From IMG/VR virus record IMGVR_UViG_3300046542_000291, positions 62,001 through 126,000 of that record: DNA of 64,000 bases, one strand, 5' to 3'. The notes under the pieces were generated by a model. It saw only the letters and a program-made list of their open reading frames with translations. It was not told where the DNA came from and made no database searches. Both the position numbers and the translations under genes were made by a program. Shown piece after piece: positions 17,900 through 26,694 of the stretch. Every line of letters begins with the position of its first letter. Positions within the stretch are counted from its first letter, which is position 1.

Positions 17900-18253
17900 T
17901 TACGTGTTGATTGATTCAGCGAAAGCCTTCGCCAGGCTAATGCGGTGATGATCGTCAGTCGTGTAATCGATGTTGATCAGAGCCTCGCCCTTACCCAGAA
18001 TGATGTCCTGCTCGTCAATGACTTCCAGAGTTTTGATAACCCCTGCACGCAGACCCTCATTATAAGCTATCGCTTCGTATTGGTTAATGAAACCGCCGTT
18101 GTCGTGTTTCCCATCGACGAGTACATTTGACAGTGAACCCAGGAACGTTGTTTTCGCTGCTCCTGCTACAACCATCTGCTCACGCTCTACCCGTTCGAGG
18201 ATGTCCACGGCACGTTGAAGGTCAGCTTTGTTGATTGGGCGCATTAGGCTCAT
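17900..18253 (-). CDS. 'IN[ST]-tail' family protein
   Basis: ends SLAKAFAESINT; start moved to MSLMR (GGAG RBS). Confidence 0.85.
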   Translation of the reverse strand: MSLMRPINKADLQRAVDILERVEREQMVVAGAAKTTFLGSLSNVLVDGKHDNGGFINQYEAIAYNEGLRAGVIKTLEVIDEQDIILGKGEALINIDYTTDDHHRISLAKAFAESINT

Positions 18254-18382
18254 GGTGTTCGTCTCCATAGACAGGTAGGCAATACCTACACTTCTTTTTG
18301 TCGGAGCACACCCCAATGATTTCCATCAAGGGTGCACTTCTATTGAGACGGCTGTCGAGTTTATTCGGCAACCACGCCAGAC

Positions 18383-18643
18383 TCAGCTATTGATTGCGTC
18401 AGCGAACGCTTTGCTGAGTTTGACGCTCTCGTTGATTACACCAGCCGGGGAGACCAGTTGCAGGCCGACGGTGTCGATGACTTCCAGTACATGGTTGACA
18501 CCGAACAGGCTACCAGCAACAAAAGCCGCTTTGTCGTGGTCGCCGTTGTTGTCTGCAGCCGATTCAGTTACAACGCCAACAGCGGCGATGAAAGCAGCTT
18601 GATCGACAGCCTGGTCTTCGGTAGTGGTGATTACGTCGTTCAT
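18383..18643 (-). CDS. 'IN[ST]-tail' family protein
   Basis: ends KLSKAFADAINS; AGGAG RBS. Confidence 0.85.
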   Translation of the reverse strand: MNDVITTTEDQAVDQAAFIAAVGVVTESAADNNGDHDKAAFVAGSLFGVNHVLEVIDTVGLQLVSPAGVINESVKLSKAFADAINS

Positions 18644-18708
18644 GCGGTAAAACTCCTGGGTACTACTGCTAATGGCCTCTCTCGGTAAAATCCGGAGAGT
18701 GATTTGTT

Positions 18709-19194
18709 TTACGTATTGATTGCGTCAGCCCAGCATTGGCCGAGACTGATGAGCGTTTCGTCGTCGTTGTAATCCACGTTGATTGGGGTTTCCCCATCCA
18801 TCGTAGTTACAATGAGTTTTCGTTTGTCGAGTGCGTTGAACACTACACCCGCGCCTTCTTTCAGACCGGCTTTGAAGGCGACGTACGCTTCCGGGTTGCC
18901 TTGAAAGAACGTCCCGGTATTGCCTTTTTCTTGAAGATCTTCGATGACCTGCGTCATCAACCGCGTTCGTTCAACACCTGTGGTTTCGTTGTAAGCTGTT
19001 TCAAGATCACGGAGCTTCTGCTCTATGCGCTTATGCTCATCCGATTTTTCAACAACAACCGTCATCGTTACCTCCGGCTCTGGTTGTATCACGCCTTGCA
19101 TGAGTTGAATGTTAGCCCAGGTTGCCCCGAGCAGTTCTGCGATTGGAAAAGGGGCCGGGGTAGCCGGAACCAAATCCGAACAACTGTAGTTCAT
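18709..19194 (-). CDS. 'IN[ST]-tail' family protein
   Basis: ends SLGQCWADAINT; ATGA-coupled start at 19194. Confidence 0.85.
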   Translation of the reverse strand: MNYSCSDLVPATPAPFPIAELLGATWANIQLMQGVIQPEPEVTMTVVVEKSDEHKRIEQKLRDLETAYNETTGVERTRLMTQVIEDLQEKGNTGTFFQGNPEAYVAFKAGLKEGAGVVFNALDKRKLIVTTMDGETPINVDYNDDETLISLGQCWADAINT

Positions 19195-19682
19195 GTATTG
19201 ATGTCCTCCCACAGATTACTAATTATCCCCCAAACCGGATTATGGTAATCATCGACCAAGTCAAGGTGACCCTGTAGGATTGTTACTGTGTCCGAGATAG
19301 ATGTCTGAATACTTTCCTCGACCAGTGGCATAACCATGGCGTGGAGTTCTTTAGGCAACTGATCCTGGACAAATGTCGCTTGTGACTTGAAGAGGTCTTG
19401 TAACTCATCCCGTATAGGTCCTAAGACCGGTGACACACTTTCGTATGCATACCACGGGGCACTGCCGTCGGACGGGGGAGGTTCTACGCCTAGTTTTTCA
19501 TAGGCCACCCGAATTGCCGGGTCAAGCCACTCATCTGGTTCGAGGTCCTCATCGGGCTCTACCATTACGTGCTCATCCCACGGCAAATCTTCATCACCAA
19601 CGTCGTCTTCAAAGTCCCGACGAAAGTCCTCCTCGTCATCCATGGCATTGCCAAGCATGATCCCATCCAACGACATGTTCAT
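19191..19682 (-). CDS. 'IN[ST]-tail' family protein with acidic N-terminus
   Basis: ends IISNLWEDINT; D/E-rich N-terminus. Confidence 0.85.
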   Translation of the reverse strand: MNMSLDGIMLGNAMDDEEDFRRDFEDDVGDEDLPWDEHVMVEPDEDLEPDEWLDPAIRVAYEKLGVEPPPSDGSAPWYAYESVSPVLGPIRDELQDLFKSQATFVQDQLPKELHAMVMPLVEESIQTSISDTVTILQGHLDLVDDYHNPVWGIISNLWEDINT

Positions 19683-19984
19683 GAATTAATCGCCTCTACA
19701 AACGCGTCTGCGATGTCTTCGAGGAATGGGAAGCAACCCATATCCCCAGGCGATATAAACGCCAGCTGACAGCTGGCCTCTATCGTACTGCAGGTTCCGA
19801 TTACAGCAGAGTGGATGGCGTCTTGTGCACACTCCTTCACCCATTTGGTAGCATCATCGTTGATGTCCCAAAGAGCGCAGATGCGGTCATTGTTGATGAA
19901 CTGTTCCACCGCAGCAGATGCTACGCCTTGCAGTTCACTAACCAAGTCTTTCTTGCCTTGGGCGAGAATTTCATTTTCCATCAT
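19679..19984 (-). CDS. 'IN[ST]-tail' family protein
   Basis: ends DIADAFVEAINS. Confidence 0.85.
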   Translation of the reverse strand: MMENEILAQGKKDLVSELQGVASAAVEQFINNDRICALWDINDDATKWVKECAQDAIHSAVIGTCSTIEASCQLAFISPGDMGCFPFLEDIADAFVEAINS

Positions 19985-19993
19985 TCACCTCTA

Positions 19994-20017
19994 GAGTATC
20001 ACTCTGATAGGTATTTG
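19994..20017 (-). promoter_or_regulatory. possible middle promoter (AAAnTAC-N11-ATACT)
   Basis: same two-box spacing at 22449-22473 and 28162-28187. Confidence 0.35.
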
Positions 20018-20018
20018 T

Positions 20019-20291
20019 TTACAGGGTCAATAGTGGCCCCTTACCGTTGTGGATAGTAATCCCACCTTCACTGAGTTCTACCCGGTTACGTTCCAACCAA
20101 TCCAGGGCATGTTGCACGCCCTGCTTGATCCCTTCGGCAACATCACCATTGGGATCGGGTACTTTGGGCTGTGGTAAAGCCCGCAGTTCGTTTAGCAACG
20201 CTGAACGGCGATTAGATGTTGGTGTCTTTACAGTCACCAATCCATGCGCTTCCAGCGTTGCCAGAAATGGATCATCTTCAACATCCTTCAC
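20019..20291 (-). CDS. tail-less relative of the IN[ST] family
   Basis: core AEGIKQGVQHALDWLE matches family core ADGLKEGAQTVFDVID; no IN[ST] tail. Confidence 0.7.
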   Translation of the reverse strand: MKDVEDDPFLATLEAHGLVTVKTPTSNRRSALLNELRALPQPKVPDPNGDVAEGIKQGVQHALDWLERNRVELSEGGITIHNGKGPLLTL

Positions 20292-20625
20292 GGAGCGCTA
20301 CTCCCGTCACGACTTGAATGAACATCTCCTTGCGTTCCCGTTCGTCCGTTAAAGGACCAACGTAAAACACCAAGTGAGGTTGTCCGGTAAAGTCAGGCTG
20401 CATGTATTCAGTGTACGCAATCCCTGCAGCCACTAAGTGATGCCGACGACGATTGGCTGTGCGGTTAGGGCACATGTCTTCATCGGCCAGCATATAGAAG
20501 CTGTGCTCTCCATAAGAGAACTTCCCTTCCCCCTCACAGGGTTCGGTTGGAGGCAATCGCCACCAATCCTGTTTAACAGAGCCGTCGTTAACGACCCCCA
20601 TGTATCCGACTGAGTTCAATGGCAT
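20278..20625 (-). CDS. hypothetical protein
   Basis: ORF in gene train. Confidence 0.7.
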   Translation of the reverse strand: MPLNSVGYMGVVNDGSVKQDWWRLPPTEPCEGEGKFSYGEHSFYMLADEDMCPNRTANRRRHHLVAAGIAYTEYMQPDFTGQPHLVFYVGPLTDERERKEMFIQVVTGVALREGC

Positions 20626-21145
20626 TGGCCCGTGTTTCCTTTTTCAGCATGTGGTTACTTGAAACCCGCAGATGGTAATGCAACCCACCGTTAACCCAGG
20701 AAGAGATCTTGTCGTCAAACCCAAACGAGTTCAGGACTTGCTCCGCCAATTCGGCATCCACGTAGAACCACACCTGGGCTATCCCTTGTGGAGTCGACCA
20801 GATAATCGAGTTCTCACCGTCGATGACTGTATAACCCGCCACGTGATTACCAGCTACGTAATCTTGACACCACTGGGCAATCAACATTGGTAACTTCGAT
20901 GGTGGGTGGTTTGGATGACGGGGAATGTCACAGGCAGGACCCATGTACGTGTAGTACGTACCATCCGTCAATTGACCATTGGCTTGGTCAAAAATACCAC
21001 GACCTTTCAGTTCACGGATCTTACGGAGACCATCCTCTTTAGTTCGGTAGAGGTATACCGTTCCAGTCATCGGTGACGAGTCGGTAACAGTGACTTGGGT
21101 CAACTGCTCTACTTCGTTCCGAATAGCGATCGCCTGTAGGATCAC
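20588..21145 (-). CDS. hypothetical protein
   Basis: AAGGA RBS, GTG start. Confidence 0.75.
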   Translation of the reverse strand: MILQAIAIRNEVEQLTQVTVTDSSPMTGTVYLYRTKEDGLRKIRELKGRGIFDQANGQLTDGTYYTYMGPACDIPRHPNHPPSKLPMLIAQWCQDYVAGNHVAGYTVIDGENSIIWSTPQGIAQVWFYVDAELAEQVLNSFGFDDKISSWVNGGLHYHLRVSSNHMLKKETRANAIELSRIHGGR

Positions 21146-21176
21146 AGTAGCTTCCTTTTATAGTAGACGGCATAGA

Positions 21177-21196
21177 GCTACTCCCGAAGGAGCAGC
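21177..21196 (-). terminator. cUUCGg hairpin terminator
   Basis: GCTGCTCCTTCGGGAGTAGC. Confidence 0.75.
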
Positions 21197-21208
21197 ACTA
21201 CACGTGGA

Positions 21209-22069
21209 TCAGTTGCCGCCGTTGAAGACTTTGTTGCTCATGCCGGGGGTACCGAACGCTTGGTACGGTGCGAACACCACGTTCTTGTTCTCCGCCATCA
21301 GAGCTTGAACTTTCAGCGCTTCGTACGCCAGCAGATTCGGGCTGATACCCGCCGCCGTGATTTCGTTTTGATCGCGCAGAGTGCGAGCAACAGTCAGATC
21401 GATTTCACGTTGTGCTTGAGCCAGCTTCAGCGAGTTTTCACGCTTGACCATTTCAATGGCCTGCTGGTTTTCTTCGGTCTTGATCGCCAGTTCACGTTCG
21501 GACTGTTTCTCGATCGCCTGCGTGATCACGTCCGGATACTTCAGATTGGCCAGGGTAACGTTGGAGACTTCCAGAGGAGAGTTCGCCATCGCTTCTTTCA
21601 GCTTGATCTGAAGATCTTTGTTGATCTGATCGAAGTTGGTACCGACGTCTTCGGTGCGATATTTTCCAACGACAGAGCGAGCCACGGTTTGAACCATGTC
21701 ACGGCCGTAGACACCGTACACCTGTTGCAGCGATACCAGGTTGTCTTGCACCTTGATGTCGTTGAACATGGAGTTGATGGTCTTGTCACCACCGCCGATA
21801 CGAGTACGGAAACGGATCTCGAACTGGAGATCCATCCGATCGAGCATCTTCACCCGCATCGTTTCCGAAACGGTTTGCGTCGACGTATCGAGCAGAACCA
21901 GTTCTTCACGCATGCCGATGGTGTACTTGCCGGTTTGCTTCACTTCGGTCGAGTAGCCATCAGGCGACAGGATTTTGCCGAGGTGTGCAGGGGGAACGGT
22001 CACGCGGTTGCAACCAGCGACTGCCAGCAGGCACAGCGAAACGATCAGCGCTTTGATTCCGTACTTCAT
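21209..22069 (-). CDS. SPFH/band-7 (prohibitin-like) lipoprotein
   Basis: lipobox LAVAGC; VTVPPAHLG...VARSVVGKY...LEVSNVTLANLKYP...AIE plus coiled coil. Confidence 0.85.
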   Translation of the reverse strand: MKYGIKALIVSLCLLAVAGCNRVTVPPAHLGKILSPDGYSTEVKQTGKYTIGMREELVLLDTSTQTVSETMRVKMLDRMDLQFEIRFRTRIGGGDKTINSMFNDIKVQDNLVSLQQVYGVYGRDMVQTVARSVVGKYRTEDVGTNFDQINKDLQIKLKEAMANSPLEVSNVTLANLKYPDVITQAIEKQSERELAIKTEENQQAIEMVKRENSLKLAQAQREIDLTVARTLRDQNEITAAGISPNLLAYEALKVQALMAENKNVVFAPYQAFGTPGMSNKVFNGGN

Positions 22070-22410
22070 TTAGCATTTTCCTTAACAGCGTTTTCGAGGG
22101 TTTTCTTGAAGCTTTCTTCCGCAGAAGCTTTGTTGGTACCGGTGGTAGCAGACGCCTTTGGTTCAGGCACTGTGTAATCCGGAGCATCAAAGCTTGCCCG
22201 AGGCAGAGAACTTTGCTTGTGACCGATGTTGACGTTCCAGGCAACCAGTACGGCCAGCGCAATCACCGAAATCCATACCCGCTGAGGCTTACCCAGCTGG
22301 ACGATTTTGTTCTTGGTGAAGATGAGCCAACCACTGACCGCCAGGGTAAGTACCAGGTCAATAACGAACTTAACCGGGCTACCGGAGAAGTACATTGCGA
22401 AGAGATCCAT
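22066..22410 (-). CDS. 2-TM membrane protein coupled to the SPFH gene
   Basis: two hydrophobic segments; 4-nt overlap. Confidence 0.75.
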   Translation of the reverse strand: MDLFAMYFSGSPVKFVIDLVLTLAVSGWLIFTKNKIVQLGKPQRVWISVIALAVLVAWNVNIGHKQSSLPRASFDAPDYTVPEPKASATTGTNKASAEESFKKTLENAVKENAK

Positions 22411-22473
22411 GGGATTCCTTAGAGTGTGATGTCAGAGGGCTAGTAACACAGTATGACTAAGCCCAGTATTTTG

Positions 22474-22695
22474 TTACCGTAAAGCTTTTGCCGTAATGAA
22501 CCTTACATTTTTGGTCCTGGCCATGAAACCTTTTACCCGGTCAGCCATAGCCCGTATTTCTTCCTTGGAGGGCTCACATGCTCTCTTTGGCAGAAAGGCG
22601 CTGTCAGGGTAGTCCACAATCACAAAACCGTTCACAATGCTTACAGGGCAGTTACCGAGCAACATAGGCCACCTATGAGTTAATGGAAGCAGCAA
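22474..22695 (-). CDS. hypothetical protein
   Basis: fills gap in gene train; start uncertain. Confidence 0.5.
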   Translation of the reverse strand: MLLPLTHRWPMLLGNCPVSIVNGFVIVDYPDSAFLPKRACEPSKEEIRAMADRVKGFMARTKNVRFITAKALR

Positions 22696-22942
22696 ACGCT
22701 TCCGAGATCAGGCCGCCATCACGAATGATGCCTTCGTTAGCCAGGGTATCCACGGCAGTCCACATGGCCAGACCGATGACGTTGGTCACGATGTTCTCCA
22801 CCCGCTTTTGTACTTCTGGATCATCGAAGCGGAAATGGCACCGGCTGTCTGTGGCGTAGTTCTTAACCAGGTGATCTTTTGCCTTGGTCAATTGCTCAAC
22901 CATTTTAGCACTGTCGTCAACTGGTTCATCGTTGTCGTGCAT
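22673..22942 (-). CDS. 'IN[ST]-tail' family protein
   Basis: ends LISEAFAASINS; start moved to MHDND. Confidence 0.8.
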   Translation of the reverse strand: MHDNDEPVDDSAKMVEQLTKAKDHLVKNYATDSRCHFRFDDPEVQKRVENIVTNVIGLAMWTAVDTLANEGIIRDGGLISEAFAASINS

Positions 22943-22952
22943 GTCGTTCCCC

Positions 22953-23312
22953 TTAGGAATTAACCATTCGGAAGTGTTCGCACAGATTGCCCGCGATACT
23001 GGCGTTCTCTTCAACGAACGGGAGCCAGTTACCACCAGCTTCGATCGCTTCCTGTTTTTCAGTTTCGCCCACATCGGGCATCATGTTGAAGCCTGGGCAA
23101 TTGGGATGATCGCCATCCAGGATCATGAAGATCCGGTCGCACATGCCCGTAGCTACCGCCAGTGCCAGCTCCGCCGAATCATCGATGGCCTGAATGGCCG
23201 GAGAAGCCAACAGGTCGTCGCGTTCTGCTTTCACCGTATCAATGAACAGTTCGGTGACTTCACTGAAAGCAGCTTCACGGGATTGACCATTACCTTCGAA
23301 GTACACAGTCAT
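22953..23312 (-). CDS. 'IN[ST]-tail' family protein (VNS)
   Basis: ends NLCEHFRMVNS; ATGA-coupled start. Confidence 0.8.
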   Translation of the reverse strand: MTVYFEGNGQSREAAFSEVTELFIDTVKAERDDLLASPAIQAIDDSAELALAVATGMCDRIFMILDGDHPNCPGFNMMPDVGETEKQEAIEAGGNWLPFVEENASIAGNLCEHFRMVNS

Positions 23313-23647
23313 GGTTTTGCTCCTTCGGTCCACTGTTTGAAGTAGTCCGAGTTATTGCCTTGGACATCCCGGAGTTTACCGAGAAGGCGTAAATCGCTAA
23401 TGCCACCCAGCGAGTTACGGCAGGAAGCATGGTGCTGTTCTTGTAACACCGCTTTCCGCTCCAAGGTAACGTAGGTAATGGTTACCTTACCGTTGGTGCC
23501 AGTGCGGTTAAGCCCATAAGCCACGTAACCTTCTGCTTCAAGCGCTTTGTTAATAAGTGCATTGAACTCGGTGGTTGCATCGGACATGGTTACATGGTAG
23601 TAACCATCCTCCACCGGGAATTCTTTGTACGAGTCGATGTTAAGCAT
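23309..23647 (-). CDS. hypothetical protein, 'xGW/Y' family
   Basis: INKALEAEGYV motif. Confidence 0.75.
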   Translation of the reverse strand: MLNIDSYKEFPVEDGYYHVTMSDATTEFNALINKALEAEGYVAYGLNRTGTNGKVTITYVTLERKAVLQEQHHASCRNSLGGISDLRLLGKLRDVQGNNSDYFKQWTEGAKP

Positions 23648-23649
23648 CG

Positions 23650-23973
23650 TTATTGCCCCTGTTCTTCTTGCTCTTCCACAAAGCGCTGGTCATCCAGAGC
23701 AATAGTCAACGTGTGGCGGCCACTGTCTTCATCACGCGTCCAGACGTAGTTCCAACCGGCACTCTCCAACAGCAGATTAACCCGATCACGCAGTTTCTGA
23801 CGCATTGGAAAGGTCAGATCGAAACGCCAGGTGGGTTCAACGCGGGCATCGACCCTGTCGTCAGCTACCGTCTCTTTGCAGATACGTGCGATTAACGCTT
23901 GATACTTCAGTTCATCCACGTGTTTTTGGATGTACTCTTTGGTGGGAATCGGGAATGCTACAGCATCGGACAT
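23650..23973 (-). CDS. hypothetical protein, 'xGW' family
   Basis: VNLLLESAGWNY motif; AGGAG RBS. Confidence 0.8.
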   Translation of the reverse strand: MSDAVAFPIPTKEYIQKHVDELKYQALIARICKETVADDRVDARVEPTWRFDLTFPMRQKLRDRVNLLLESAGWNYVWTRDEDSGRHTLTIALDDQRFVEEQEEQGQ

Positions 23974-23985
23974 TACATACTCCTG

Positions 23986-24504
23986 TTATGACTGTTGAGG
24001 GCCAGGTTTAATAGTTTTGAGTTTCTTGATGAGGTCCTGTTCAATGCCTTCTTCGGCATCGTCCATTAACTCGTCAAGCGTATAAGCGAACATTGACTTG
24101 TCGTAGGTGCCTTCCGGCACACGGACGGTATTGGGTACGAACAACATCACATCAAACAAATCGTGCTCATCTCGGAACTCGCCTAGATTATGAGCGGTCA
24201 GAGTAGAAGAGTGCATCTCACCGTATTTCAGTTCAAAGGTCGGGCCATCCTTATTGAAGTCTAAGCTCCAATCCTGAAAGGCGAAACCGTAACGATCTGG
24301 ATCAGCGCGTGCTGTCGTAACGTCAGCATCAGATACGTTCTTGTAGCTGGCGTATCGATCGAAGAATTCTTTACTGAATGCTGAGACGTAGGCTAATTTT
24401 CCATCACCTCCGAAAACATACATCTCTGGGTACACACGTAACTCAAGCGGACCGTCGTTGGTTGCCCATACTCCTTTTATGACGACAAGCTTTTGGTAGC
24501 TCAT
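23986..24504 (-). CDS. hypothetical early protein
   Basis: first gene after early promoter. Confidence 0.8.
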   Translation of the reverse strand: MSYQKLVVIKGVWATNDGPLELRVYPEMYVFGGDGKLAYVSAFSKEFFDRYASYKNVSDADVTTARADPDRYGFAFQDWSLDFNKDGPTFELKYGEMHSSTLTAHNLGEFRDEHDLFDVMLFVPNTVRVPEGTYDKSMFAYTLDELMDDAEEGIEQDLIKKLKTIKPGPQQS

Positions 24505-24531
24505 AGGAAGTTCCTTTTTGGTTGCCTGGTA

Positions 24532-24540
24532 GTAATATAG
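24532..24540 (-). promoter_or_regulatory. phiKZ-type early promoter
   Basis: CTATATTAC. Confidence 0.85.
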
Positions 24541-24578
24541 ATCTGAAATAAAATGGAGTAAAAAAGAAAAAAGTAAAG

Positions 24579-24596
24579 GCCTCCCCGAAGGGAGGC
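24579..24596 (-). terminator. cUUCGg hairpin terminator
   Basis: GCCTCCCTTCGGGGAGGC plus U-tract. Confidence 0.85.
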
Positions 24597-24605
24597 TTTA
24601 TGTGG

Positions 24606-25058
24606 TTATGGGGCTTTAGCAAAGTTACGTTTCATTGCCTTAGCGGGTTTACCCACCATACCGGCACAGCCAATCTTAGTTGCCCTGTTAACAGCATCGG
24701 GGTAAGACACGCCAGCCTGAACTTGTTTAGCGATGACTGGGTTACCGAGCATGGAAACAATGTTGGCATCAAAACGCATTGCCATGTTAGTAGCTGCCCA
24801 TCGGTCATCGTTGGCCGCTTCCGCCGCGGTGAGGTCAACCAACGCGGTAGTTCTTTCGTCAGCGTTTTTACCGTCCATGTACCATCGAGTGATTAATGTA
24901 GTCAACTCGGTGTAACGCTTGCAGGTTAGTGGGGTGATAGTGAGGTCGACGTCAACTTCAGTATCGAGACTTTGTACGACCCGTGGAGTGTCGTTAGCCG
25001 AAGCCAGACCCGTGAGGAACAACAGTCCTACGATCATGAGTGTAATTACGTTTTTCAT
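24606..25058 (-). CDS. secreted/periplasmic protein (signal peptide, Cys pair)
   Basis: MKNVITLMIVGLLFLTGLASA signal; paralog of 25096. Confidence 0.8.
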   Translation of the reverse strand: MKNVITLMIVGLLFLTGLASANDTPRVVQSLDTEVDVDLTITPLTCKRYTELTTLITRWYMDGKNADERTTALVDLTAAEAANDDRWAATNMAMRFDANIVSMLGNPVIAKQVQAGVSYPDAVNRATKIGCAGMVGKPAKAMKRNFAKAP

Positions 25059-25095
25059 GTCTTGCCTTTTGGTTTGTATTGAAAGGGGCGTAGTT

Positions 25096-25530
25096 TTATT
25101 CGCTAACGCGTAAAGGTACAGCGTACTTCGAGTTTTCGTTGAGAGCGCAGCGATTCTGCATTTCCAGGCCGAAAGCTTCTGGGGTTTTGTAACCAGCCTT
25201 CACCCGTTCCTTGACATTCTTATCAGTCAGAATCGTGTAGAAGTTATCGACCGCTGCAACCAACATGGCGTGTGCCAGGTATTGTGGATCGTCGTTCAGT
25301 ACTTCGACCGAGTTGGTGGCTGTTTGCAGTTGCTCACTGATTGACTCCAGTGGAACTTCTTCCACCAGTTGCCCACCGATAGTAACCGCCATGTCACGTA
25401 CGACCGCACAGACTGGAGCCGTTACCAGCATCTCCGTTCTTTCGGTCGGTGAGATACCCGTGTAGATCTTTACTTCAGCGTGCGCAGGTTGCATGGTAAG
25501 TGCAGCTGCCATTACGAGACTAAGCATCAT
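25096..25530 (-). CDS. secreted/periplasmic protein (signal peptide, Cys pair)
   Basis: MMLSLVMAAALTMQPAHA signal. Confidence 0.8.
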   Translation of the reverse strand: MMLSLVMAAALTMQPAHAEVKIYTGISPTERTEMLVTAPVCAVVRDMAVTIGGQLVEEVPLESISEQLQTATNSVEVLNDDPQYLAHAMLVAAVDNFYTILTDKNVKERVKAGYKTPEAFGLEMQNRCALNENSKYAVPLRVSE

Positions 25531-25978
25531 GTTCAGTACTCTCTTCTTTGGGGACGTACACGAAGGCATCCAGGTTAAAGCAGATAGCTTGGATGTCCAT
25601 TCTTTTGGCCTCAATCTGGCGAGCTTCATGCTCAATCTGAGACCGGTTGGGGTTTCCCTTGAACAGGGTCATTTCAATGTGCCACCCCATTTGTTTCAGG
25701 CGGAACACCAGATGACGTGGCCCGTTGTACGGATCGATCTTTTGTGGCTGACCTGTTTCCAGTTCAATCACCTTCAGGTAGTGCTCGTAATGGGCACGAA
25801 CCAGATCCTGACCACCAACTTCGTGACCATTGATGATTACCCACAGGCAAGGCTTGCAGTTGTTGAACGGTGTTTCTGCTTTCACACACAGCGAACGTGT
25901 AAACAGATCCGTTGAACTGAGGAACTTGTCGCCGTACAGCTCGCCCAAGATCTTTGGGGTATTGATGAAGTTCTTCAT
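25520..25978 (-). CDS. hypothetical protein
   Basis: coupled ORF. Confidence 0.75.
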   Translation of the reverse strand: MKNFINTPKILGELYGDKFLSSTDLFTRSLCVKAETPFNNCKPCLWVIINGHEVGGQDLVRAHYEHYLKVIELETGQPQKIDPYNGPRHLVFRLKQMGWHIEMTLFKGNPNRSQIEHEARQIEAKRMDIQAICFNLDAFVYVPKEESTEHDA

Positions 25979-26283
25979 TGTACTTCCTTCTTTGCGGATA
26001 TCAATACTTCGTTTTTCACTTGAAGCTCTTTGTTCTCGGTGACCAGCATCGCCACAAAGAAAAGAACCGTGAGTGCTGCAACAGGCTTAAGTACGGTCAT
26101 CCCCACCCGGACGAATGACATTGACTTCTTAATGGGACGTTCAGCCTCCAGCCCATCGAAGTTGTACTTGAAAAGCTTATGTCGTAAAATCACAGCGTCA
26201 ATGAGCAAGCCCGCCACAAAGATCAGGGTGATCAAACCGAAGCTGATAAAGAACACTTGTGCATACGGGATTTGGTCACTCAT
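25975..26283 (-). CDS. 2-TM membrane protein with C-terminal coiled coil
   Basis: tandem paralog of 26280..26639. Confidence 0.75.
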   Translation of the reverse strand: MSDQIPYAQVFFISFGLITLIFVAGLLIDAVILRHKLFKYNFDGLEAERPIKKSMSFVRVGMTVLKPVAALTVLFFVAMLVTENKELQVKNEVLISAKKEVQ

Positions 26284-26639
26284 TTTGGGCAGATATCCTT
26301 GAGGTTAATAGCAGCTGGCTTTTCCACACCCACCAGTTGGGAGGTCAGGAGCTGGTTACTTTCGAGCAGACGTTCGTTTTTCTCGATAAGCCCCCGAACA
26401 TACAGCATGTTGAAAGTCACCAATCCGAAGAACAACATGAACGAGGCGGCAATCGTACAAGTGCGGCCCAAGTCAATCATGGACTGCCAACGTTCTTCAA
26501 GAAGGTTGAATGTGTAATTAACCTTCTTACCCTGCGATCTGGTGTGGGATAGCTGGAGCTTAGCGTAGAACCACATCACCCCACCGAAGAAAAAGATAAG
26601 GCATGCAACGGTAAAAGCAATTGCAAACAAAAGAGGCAT
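26280..26639 (-). CDS. 2-TM membrane protein with C-terminal coiled coil
   Basis: tandem paralog of 25975..26283. Confidence 0.75.
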   Translation of the reverse strand: MPLLFAIAFTVACLIFFFGGVMWFYAKLQLSHTRSQGKKVNYTFNLLEERWQSMIDLGRTCTIAASFMLFFGLVTFNMLYVRGLIEKNERLLESNQLLTSQLVGVEKPAAINLKDICPK

Positions 26640-26666
26640 AACGCATTCCTATTAGACGGTTAGAAA

Positions 26667-26686
26667 GGGTTCCCCGAAGGGAACCC
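26667..26686 (-). terminator. cUUCGg hairpin terminator
   Basis: GGGTTCCCTTCGGGGAACCC-TTTC. Confidence 0.8.
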
Positions 26687-26694
26687 AGTATAGA

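Noticed and set aside
17535-23312. IN[ST] tails as a DNA repeat or recombination site
   Set aside because: Synonymous codon and stop-codon variation indicate protein-level constraint
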